A DNA stretch of 64,000 nt from Eledone cirrhosa (taxonomy: Eukaryota). The notes under the pieces were generated by a model. That model was not told the DNA's origin. It saw only the letters and a program-made list of their open reading frames with translations, and searched no databases. Positions within the stretch are counted from its first letter, which is position 1. Every line of letters begins with the position of its first letter. Location of the stretch: positions 154,876,001-154,940,000 of the forward strand of contig OZ024743.1 in the NCBI GenBank assembly GCA_964016885.1, written 5' to 3'. Of the stretch, positions 42,065 to 51,894 are shown one piece after another. The position numbers and the translations under genes were made by a program.

Positions 42065-42152
42065 TCCTCTTGATAAGTCGGCAGACCTGGCAAGGACTCT
42101 ATATCTTTGATATATTGTTTTTGTTTATGCCACGAAACTACGTAGTCGAGGA
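42065..42152 (+). ncRNA. Type I hammerhead ribozyme, U3-A8 covariant core, copy 1
   Basis: tcctc-TTGATAA-gt(c)ggca...tgccac-GAAAC-TACGTA-GTC-gagga. Predicted cleavage after 42147. Confidence 0.72.
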
Positions 42153-42655
42153 ATTTAGGAACAGTTTAGGTATGATACATTTTATTACTAATTATATCTA
42201 AATGTTTCTTCTCTCTTCATAATGTATTTTTAACTCTGATACTGGTTCAGTCTGGTTCAAACTGAATTGGTCTGTCCCAGTCATTCATTGAGCAACATCG
42301 GTGAAGTTGGCACCCTTAACTCACAGTTGGGTGCGGATGCATTCATGTATATATGTGTGTGTCCGCATGTATCTGTGTGTTTCTAAATATATTAATAACT
42401 CCCTCTGGTCGAGCAATCTTTGAAGTGTGGGGACAACTGGAAAGCTTCCATTACTCATACTTCTCGCCTTCTTCACTACCTCTTTTACGGCCTCGATATG
42501 AATACCCCCTCCGCCTCCGTGGTATTTTCTTCGTGGTTATAAGAGGCTTAGCTCTGTTTCTCGACCGTTATATCGCGTGACTGTCTCCCCCTCCGCCTTT
42601 TGGGATTCTTTCTCACGTCGTGTAGACGCGTTCTTGAGACTAGTAAAATGAGGTA

Positions 42656-42743
42656 TCCTCTTGATAAGTCGGCAGACCTCGCAAGGACTCTATATCTTTG
42701 ATATATTGTTTTTGTTTATGCCACGAAACTACGTAGTCGAGGA
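42656..42743 (+). ncRNA. Type I hammerhead ribozyme, U3-A8 covariant core, copy 2
   Basis: Same fold as copy 1. Predicted cleavage after 42738. Confidence 0.72.
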
Positions 42744-42812
42744 ATTTAGGAACAGTTTAGGTATGATACATTTTATTACTAATTATATCTAAATGTTTCT
42801 TCTCTCTTCATA

Positions 42813-42868
<56 letters not shown>

Positions 42869-43706
42869 AGTAAAAATAACGGAGCAAGGGACTCCATATA
42901 ATCCTGTAATTAATTAAATGAGCTCAAAGGAAATAGTTTTCTCGTGCACTTTAGAATAAAATATATAGAGAGGAAAGACACAGAAGATGGTGTTTTTCAT
43001 TACAGGAATTTCAAACCACCAGCGTGAAGATAATATAATCTACTAGAGGCATTGGTAAAACATTAAAATTAAAAGTATAAAATGAAATGAGAAACCATCC
43101 TCACCTACAAACAGAAAATGTGATGTCGTTGCGTTGTTTTCTATTGTTTTAATGCAAATGAAATAAAACTTGTCACACATACACTCACACACACATATAC
43201 TCACACATACACTCACATACACTCGCACATACACCCACACACATTCTCAGATACACAGACATACATATAGTAAGACAGACACACACAGACATTCAGTCAC
43301 GCACACCTATCAGTCACCACATATGTAACTGTATGTGTAGATGTGTGTTTAATTTTCTGTGTGTGAAGATAATGTATATGCACTTACTAAAGCTATATTT
43401 ATGTGTAAATGTGCGTGTTTGTTTAATTCTCTGAGGCCTAACGTATGTTACGGACTCGCAATAATCCACAAACTGACAGACACATACACACTCATATACA
43501 AAATGCGACTCCATCGTCGTCAACGTGGTGGTTTACTATAGTTGAGTATACGAAGGATATCTTAGTAAAAAGTTATATTATTTTAATCCAAAGGAAATTA
43601 AAAATTGCATGTTGACACTCCCGGGGCCTAATATTATTACCTTGTAAAATATTATTTCATTTGGTCGAGGCGTTTGAGAATGCACAGAAACAGAGAGAGT
43701 GACAAA

Positions 43707-43737
<31 letters not shown>

Positions 43738-43837
43738 TCATTAGTTAAGCAAAACAAGACCACAAATTTCACAAGGAAGACATTATTAAAATATTGTCAA
43801 CATATTAAAGTTTGATGTAAGGATGTGGAGAATATTA

Positions 43838-44026
43838 ATAATAATAATTGTTTCTACTCTAGGCACAAGGCCAGCAATTAACCAGTACATTACTGGTACT
43901 TTATTTTATCGACCCAGTAAGGATGAAAGGCAAAGTTAACCTCGCCGGGATTTGAACTCAGATCATAAAGGGACGTAACTCTATGCTTCAAAGCATGGTG
44001 TCCAACTCTCTACCGATACTGCCAAA
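43838..44026 (-). mobile_element. SINE copy in the left inverted arm
   Basis: Matches the SINE consensus from the A box to the ATT tail. Confidence 0.85.
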
Positions 44027-46052
44027 TTAAAATAATGAAAGAATGTTACATGAATGTAATGTTCCTTATATTGGTATTTCACTATCGTGTCCTGGGTATA
44101 TATAGTGTCTGCCATAGTCGAGCAGTATTCTTCTGTCGAGGCTGCATTGTGTGAGATCTGCTTATGGGTGACAAGATCGCCGCCAATGGACATATTTAAC
44201 TTACTAATTAGAGGGTGGTTTAAGGGGAAGTAACTCCTCGAGAGGTTAGAAATTGTGGTTTGTTTATAGTTAAGAAGTGCTAATCTTTTAATTGAGAAAC
44301 AATGAGACACAACCACCATCGAGCCGAACCATAGAGTAGTAAAATTCCTAGATGTTTCCCTAGACCTTAACAATAACCTATACTACCATTAGCATAAACC
44401 AGGTGAAATACTTACATATATTAGCCCACACGCTAACCACCCACCGGCAGTCATCAGAGCTGTAATCAAATCTATCTCGTATAGGATCTCCATGCTATAA
44501 GCAAATGAGGAGATATTTATAAACCATGCGACATATGATAATAAGGCTCTTTCTGAATCTGGTTATGAACAATCCATTTACTTCATACCTAAAAGCCATA
44601 ACATAGCACTTCACCACAACTATAATAAACTTAACACTAGAATTAGAAATACCTTAGCATATAGCCAGATTCGCCGGAATTTTAGCACTTACAGCACCTA
44701 TACAGGGAACATTAATGGTGGCAGTGGCCTGCTTCCCACTCCAAGTAGCAAACTAAAAATCAACCATAGAATAGGAATGAGCAATGGGATGACAAATAAC
44801 AAATGCCCAGGTAATAATAACCATATGAAGGCCCCTGCCCACTCCACCAGAACCCCTAGAAGGAATAGGCCTAGAAATATCACCTGGAATAACCCCTATA
44901 TTCATCTAATCTAGCCACTAATATCCCTAAACGCTTCTTCTCTATCCTATCTAAACATTTCCCCCAACCATAGATAGTACGAACTCTTTAATAAAAACAA
45001 CATTAACATCTCATTCTCCACAACACCTAATCTAGCTAGCCACATCGCATTCAGTAACCAACATAAACAAAGACAGTATAACACCCACACAGCAGTACCA
45101 CCAGCCCCATCAAATAAAACACGCCACTACACCAATACTTACTCTAGTAGCACACCTCCCCCATCTTATCCTTCTAGCACTGACCAACCGCTTAGTTTAA
45201 ACAACCCTACTCTAACTAACCGCAAAATTAATTCCAATGCCGTTACCCTAATACATGCCCACTAAATGGACATTGCCTGACACCCGATATAGTTTATAGG
45301 TGCACAGTTAAATTGCTTCGTATACCAGCTCCTATATCGGCTCTACATCTAACCTTTTTTTAAGGTACGCTATAACGCACACTCTTTTTCCTTCCGAGAC
45401 CCTAACAACAGATGTTCGACATCTCTAGCTAGGCTCATTAAAAACCTCAAGTTAACCAACATTGAACACTCACTAACATGGGATATCTGGGTTAGGGCCC
45501 AACCGTTGAATGGACGGAGAAAATGTTGTGACCTCTGTCTTACCGTAGCATATTAAATAACTCTATCACGACCTCTACCGATTAACGATAGAACGGAGGT
45601 AACTATTAGCTGTCAACATCGAAGGGCTAACTCCTTCGCCATAGAATATTTGACCCAACATAGTCATCTAGCCCCATTTTTACTTGTAGTTATTAAGTTA
45701 AATAGTTATAGCTAACTTATATAATTATAAGTTACCTCCCTTTCATTGTCTCTCAGTAACATTTAAAAAATTAGCACTTCTTAACTATAAACTACCCACG
45801 ATTTCTAATCTCTCGAGGAGTTACTTCCCCTGAAACCACACTCTAATTAGTAAAGTAAATATGTCCATTGGCGGCGATCTTGTTACCCCCAGGCATATCT
45901 CACACAATGCAGCCTCGACAGAAGAATACTGCTCGACTATGGCAGACAATATATATACCCAGGACACCATAGCGAAATATCAATATATCGAACATTACAT
46001 TCATGTAACGTTATTAGTAGAAACAATTATTTTAGTTTATATTCATTTTGAA

Positions 46053-46170
46053 GTTCCGATGAGCTGCTCTAATTTTACTAAGTTAAGTATGTTCACTTGA
46101 ACCAGATCAATAATGACCTATACTCATTTGATCCACAAATATTATATGGAGTAGCGAAACAATTGTAAAC
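46053..46170 (+). ncRNA. Type I hammerhead ribozyme of the Penelope element (U4C core, long loop II)
   Basis: gtt-CCGATGA-gctgctc...gagtagc-GAAAC-AATT-GTA-aac. Predicted cleavage after 46167. Confidence 0.65.
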
Positions 46171-46176
46171 GGACAT

Positions 46177-46358
46177 TAGCAGTATCGGTAGAGAGTCGGA
46201 CGCCATGCTCTCCAGCATAGTTACGTCCCTTTACGATCTGAGTTCAAATCCCGCTTAGGTTGACTTTGCCTATCATCCTTATGGGGTCGATAAATAAAGT
46301 ACCAGTAATGCACTGGGTAATTGCTGGCCTTGTGCCTAAAGTAGAAACAATTATTATT
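46177..46358 (+). mobile_element. SINE copy in the right arm, starting at its A box
   Basis: TAGCAGTATCGG, GAGTTCAAATCC, and the 3' end GGCCTTGTGCCTAAAGTAGAAACAATTATT. Confidence 0.85.
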
Positions 46359-46674
46359 AATATCATTATTATTATTCTCCACATTCCTTACATCAGACTA
46401 AAATATGTTGACAATCTTTTAATAATGTCTTCCTTGTGAAATGTGTGGTCTTTTTTTGCTTAACTAATGAATATTTCCAGCTCTGTGCACTTAACCTCTG
46501 CATGAACCCACCCACCTAGCTGCCTTCCACAGCATATTGCACATCGCGCACATGCCTTTACTCTTTGGCTTCTAACTAATTCACCAATCTCTCTTCTCCT
46601 CTCATATCTCCTCTCCTATCTCCATCTCTCTCTTTAAAATTGGTTACTCTTGAACCGTGTATATATATATATGC

Positions 46675-46752
<78 letters not shown>

Positions 46753-46879
46753 TACATATTTTGGAACTCGAGCCGCCAACAGAGCTAATCGTGGAAAAAC
46801 TGCATGCTGGACAATATGTAAAGAAAATAAACGAAATACTCCTATGACTGGATGATCTTTAAGATGTTCCTCGATGAAA

Positions 46880-47568
46880 CAGGAAATGCACGTTTTCACC
46901 TAATGCGGGCCCTTGGGGATCAAGAAAATGAATTTTTTTATTGCATAATATGCCTTGAAATTTCGTGAAAATCGGCTAGAGGTAACGCCTCAAAAAAGCT
47001 TTAAAAAGCTGAAAAATGAAGTTTTTCACCTAATGCGGTCCCTAGGCCATAAAGAAATTGAATTTGTTTGGCTCATGGTATGAAAAAGAGACATACTAAT
47101 ACATAGTTACAATTTCAAGGAAATCGGTCTGACGTAACGCCTACAAAACCCCCCCAAAACCTGAAAAAACGCAGTGTTTCATCTAGGTGATGAACAAATT
47201 GAATTTTTCATGTGCATAACATTCTCTGAAACATAAGTAATACACATGTAAAGTTTGAAAAAAGTCGGTTGGGTACTTTTCGGGTTTCAGGGATTTAAAC
47301 TCACAGACACACACACACACAGACATCCTCAGGAAGGTGACCTAATGCAGACAGCCAGTCATACAAGCATATATTATAAGGGCGCAACGTTATATGTATG
47401 TATCTATCTAAAAAGAGAAAGACTAAGGATTATAGAGAGAGATCGCTAAATTGCCTAAAGCGGTCCCTACCTGAAACATAAATATTACATTTGTACAGTT
47501 TGAAAACAGTCGATTGGGTGTCTCTCGAATTTAATGGATTCAGACATCCTCAGTTTTATATATATAGA
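46880..47568 (-). mobile_element. Non-autonomous Helitron-like relic
   Basis: Minus-strand start TCTATATATATAAAACTGAGGATGTCTG at 47568 and internal repeats (ttttcacctaatgcgg; gtaacgcct; cagacatcctcag). The 3' CTAG end was not located. Confidence 0.5.
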
Positions 47569-48249
47569 CATGTATACATACATATATATATATAAGCTCC
47601 AATGCCTTCTTTGACGGAAGATGCAGGCTCATTATCTTTCGAATTTGGTGAAATTATAATTAATTTTCTGGTGGGGTTGATATGGCAGGTTCCTTTTTTT
47701 TTGAGGGGTGGGCATAAGGCAAGTTCCAGGGTTGTTTGTTAGAGGAAAATTATCCAATTGATAGTCTGTTCTCTCATGTCAGTGTTGCTATTAAGCAGTT
47801 TTTGTTTAAGAATACTCACCTACAAGTATCAAAATCTTGCAGAAACTCGCCAACGGAGAAAATCTTAATCCAACATATGCGCCTTTATATATCCTTTTCA
47901 TGATGTATTCGATTGTAATATGGCATACATTCTAACTTTGGTTATTTCTTTTCAAATTCACATATTTTTCGATTTATTTAGACGATTGTCTGTTATGTTT
48001 TATTTTGATGTAGTTTTCGATTTATCTTTTATTAGGTTGATACAGGAGATTATTGAATGAAACAGTGATTGATGGGATTCATGTTATTGTATTGTGTATT
48101 TCTTCCAACACGTGCTACAACATTTATCACGTAAACTTTATATGCATTAATAAACATATATTTTATATTAAATACAATGAGATATCTGTAAATAGTAATA
48201 TCAATATTTAGATTCATATCTCTATTCGGTCTCATTTATTGTGGATAGC

Positions 48250-48311
48250 AACAGGTGATTGTGTGTGTTGTTAGTGACCCTAGCAGTGACCCTATTTAGA
48301 TACACACACAC

Positions 48312-48385
<74 letters not shown>

Positions 48386-48386
48386 G

Positions 48387-48421
<35 letters not shown>

Positions 48422-48497
48422 TTATATATATTTATATGTGTGTGTGTAATGATATTGGGGCACTGCTAGGGTCACCAACAACACACACAATCACCTG

Positions 48498-48499
<2 letters not shown>
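48250..48499. repeat. Inverted repeat centred on (TA)n
   Basis: aacaggtgattgtgtgtgttgttagtgaccctagcagtg pairs with cactgctagggtcaccaacaacacacacaatcacctgtt. Confidence 0.88.
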
Positions 48500-48588
<89 letters not shown>

Positions 48589-48777
48589 TATTGTTAGATA
48601 GATAGATAGATTTAGATATATATAGATGTATATATCATACATTAAATTTAAGCGTAAATATCATTAAAAGTCAACTCTAATTTATGTAATGCCTCAACCA
48701 TGTTTTATGAAATTCAAGATACAATAGCTGGAATTCAAAGACATTGGAATATTGAAATATCCAATATTGGATGAATT

Positions 48778-48987
48778 GAAGTTACTCATCTTATTTCTTC
48801 ATAGGAATAAATGATGCTAGAAATGGCAGCAAACAAATGATCTACATAAATCAGGTCAAAAGAATGAACTCGTAAATATATATATATATTTACGAGTTCA
48901 TTCTTTTGACCTGATTTATGTAGATCATTTGTTTCCTGCCAGTTCTAGCATCATTTATTCCTATGAAGAAATAAGATGAGGAACTTC
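48778..48987. repeat. About 210-bp near-perfect palindrome centred on a short (TA)n
   Basis: Arms of about 100 bp with roughly 3 mismatches. Confidence 0.92.
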
Positions 48988-49023
48988 GATGAGTGTTGCC
49001 GTACATGTACGGCAACACTCATC
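48988..49023. repeat. Perfect 36-bp palindrome
   Basis: gatgagtgttgccgtacatgtacggcaacactcatc. Confidence 0.95.
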
Positions 49024-49175
49024 TTTTTCCATTTCTCCGAGGGTTATAAACCCCACTAACAGGCTAGAAATTTCTTTAGTCTAAAATTCGGTGCAAGCTT
49101 ATCATTTCTAATTTCTAATTTCAAACTTGCGCACCGTTTCAAAACCATACTTTCATATTACGTTTATAATTTGTT

Positions 49176-49219
<44 letters not shown>

Positions 49220-49366
49220 TTAATCTACATATGCATACATATGCCCTTCGATGAGATGCCTAACTATTAGAGACAATTTAACTTCAGTGTGGTAAATTAA
49301 GGTATTATATACATTTGTGTGTGTTTGCATGTATATAGATATATAAGTATGTACAACTTCTTTTAG

Positions 49367-49409
49367 ACCGATCTGAAGATCCGCAGAAGGTGAAACATTT
49401 GTTCTCGGT
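49367..49409 (+). ncRNA. Minimal type I hammerhead-like motif, same family as 41320
   Basis: accgat-CTGAAGA-tcc(gcagaa)ggt-GAAAC-ATTT-GTT-ctcggt. It is followed by a tail homologous to 41358-41388 and then (TA)n. Confidence 0.6.
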
Positions 49410-49444
49410 TGGTGAACAAACTGCCGTGGAACTTCTTATGTATG

Positions 49445-49514
<70 letters not shown>

Positions 49515-49599
49515 CAAAAGGGATATTTAATGTGTTGGTAATTCAAGAAATATATCTGTATATAGCATTCGACAGATTTTCTGTATTATAATATTAACA

Positions 49600-51093
49600 A
49601 GGACAACAATATAGACTATTCAATATGGGGAACCATTTCGTAAGCACCTGCATACCGAAATATGGCTTTCTCAGGAATCAGTCGATTGTGTATCGAGGAA
49701 ATTTTAAATATAATTAACTATCAAAATCCTATTATTTTAAAAACAGAATTATTTTCTTCTTGCAGACATCGCGAAAAATCCACTTCCCGAAGTATTTTTA
49801 ATCTATAATATTCATTACAATTGAATATATCTCATACACCTTCAAAATATTATTTACTGAGATTTTCTATAAAAAATTTTAATTTTTTAAATGATCTTCC
49901 TTCTTAAATTTAGTATTTTTACCATTTGATATTCTTTTCCTAATGATACACTTCTCAATCTACTTTTTAGATGCAGATTTATACTCTTTAATTCACATTC
50001 TGGAAGATATCCTCTTTCCGACAGTGCTTCGAATTGCACTCTTGTCTTATCTAATAATACATTTTTTTCCTCTCTTTTGTCTTCAAACTTTTCACACCTC
50101 TTTCGACGTAAATAATATGGAATTGAAATTCTCATCCTTGAAAAACATGATATAAAATACCTTATAATCTCACACAATATATAATTTTCTCTACATACTT
50201 TCTAAGTAAATCATTCATCAAATTTAATGGTTACCAAAAAGTATTGGAGTTTTCTTTTCCTTTACAATTGAGCAAACATTGACATGATAATTTGTATGAT
50301 AAATTATATAATTTCGCTAAATTAACAATGTTCTGAAAACATTTTCAATGTTGGCGCAAAATACTATACAAATTGTTCTTCTCTTATAACTTGAACTACG
50401 TCAGTTTCTTGAATATTTATGTAAAATGTAAAATCAACATCCTTCGTAAATCATATAAGGAAATGTAAACAATTAATACGTGTGGTTTATTTCTATAAAA
50501 TCACCAAATAATACTTATTCTTAAACAATCTATATAGATATTTATATACTTACAACCTGGCGCAATGTAATAAGATAAAATGTACTTATAACCACAATTC
50601 TTCATATAATTTAATTGATTATACATATATATAATATTAAAACTCATAATATAGCAAAATATATTTTTTTAATTGTGGAATCATATTCCACCGTTCCTAC
50701 AAACTGTTAAATATTTTTAAAGTCACGTAAATAAAAGCCTTTCTTTCTTTCTATTTCTTCTTCCTACACATACATATATATATCATAATAATTATTTAAA
50801 TCTACCTAGCCTCCAAAAATAAAGTTTTTTTTCAGCTCTATACCCCAATCTCAATAGCATATTCATCTTAATAATTTGAAATATTTGACTTTTCTTCTTT
50901 TTCCCATCTTTCCTTTTACTGTCCAGGAAAAACTTGAACCGTTGAGATTTTCTTCCTGGATATGTCAATATTTATAAAATTAACTTTGTATTTTATCTGA
51001 TGAGTGCGTACCAAAATGTCGGTACCTTTGAAATATATATAATAGAATAAATAAGGTTTTATAAATATAGTTTCAATTTATTTAATATCATTG
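49600..51093 (+). mobile_element. Possible very degraded AT-rich Penelope-like element ending in a hammerhead
   Basis: Lies between (TA)n runs, has a frameshifted MG...APAY-like remnant near 49625-49660, and ends in a hammerhead. The coding assignment is weak. Confidence 0.3.
50989..51049 (+). ncRNA. Type I hammerhead ribozyme with canonical core
   Basis: tattttat-CTGATGA-gtgcgtacc...ggtaccttt-GAAA-TATATA-TA-atagaata gives an 8-bp stem I and a palindromic stem III. Predicted cleavage after 51041. Confidence 0.7.
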
Positions 51094-51634
51094 ATATATA
51101 TATATATATATGTATGTATGTATGAATGTATGTATACGAGTATATATGCAAACATGGCCTTTACCATGCATACACGCACATACAGATAAACAAACACCTC
51201 AATAAATCAAAATGATAGCGAAACCAGTTTCCATTATCACTTGTCAATTCTTCAACCCAACCTCATTTTTCCCTTACCATTACAGAACCATAGTGAGCTT
51301 ACTCATTCACATACAAGCAATGCAATATACACGCACAGAAACGCTCTTATACGCAGTAAAAAGCCCCCCCCCCCAGAAAAAAGAAAAAAATAATAATAAT
51401 AATATTAATAACACTTGGAAATATATGTATAAATTATATAAAAATCATAAAAACATATTATTTAAAACTTCTCATTAACAACCCATAATGAAGAGTTATC
51501 ATTATGTTTACAGCTTATAATTTGACCCACAAATCAATCAACTGAATCACACCACTGACAGTTGTTTTGTCAGAAGTCTTTTAAAAGCAGACGTCGCGGC
51601 CCACTCGTACACACGCACACAAACACACGCACAC

Positions 51635-51795
<161 letters not shown>

Positions 51796-51797
51796 TG

Positions 51798-51854
<57 letters not shown>

Positions 51855-51894
51855 TAAAATAACAGATTAAAGTTTAAGCAAAGAATCGCTGCTT

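Larger units (their letters stand above)
41657..42818 (+). mobile_element. Young non-coding retrozyme / non-autonomous Penelope-type element with a 591-bp unit, two hammerheads and an inverted 5' arm
   Basis: Near-identical direct repeat 41942-42227 vs 42533-42818. Near-perfect inverted repeat 41657-41939 vs 42110-42392. Flanked by (TA)n on both sides, with no credible ORF. Confidence 0.8.
43735..46660 (+). mobile_element. Penelope-like element, 5'-truncated, with inverted terminal arm, hammerhead and embedded SINE
   Basis: Coding remnant at about 44330-45650: KFLDVSLDL, KPGEILTYI..ANHPP, ALSESGY, CPLNGHCL..IVYRC.V, YIGST, FKVRYNAH.FSF, CDLCL. Inverted arms at 43735-44305 and 45743-46475. 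(TA)n on both sides. Confidence 0.88.

Noticed and set aside
41942-42818. Direct repeats as LTRs or a CRISPR-like array
   Set aside because: There are no TG...CA ends, PBS or PPT, and no repeat-spacer periodicity. The hammerheads and inverted arm fit a Penelope or retrozyme structure.
43735-46475. Possible ADAR A-to-I signature in differences between the Penelope arms
   Set aside because: Manual comparison of 44045-44305 with 45743-46010 gave a mix of G-U-compatible changes, A-C mismatches and many transversions, with no clear A-to-G bias.
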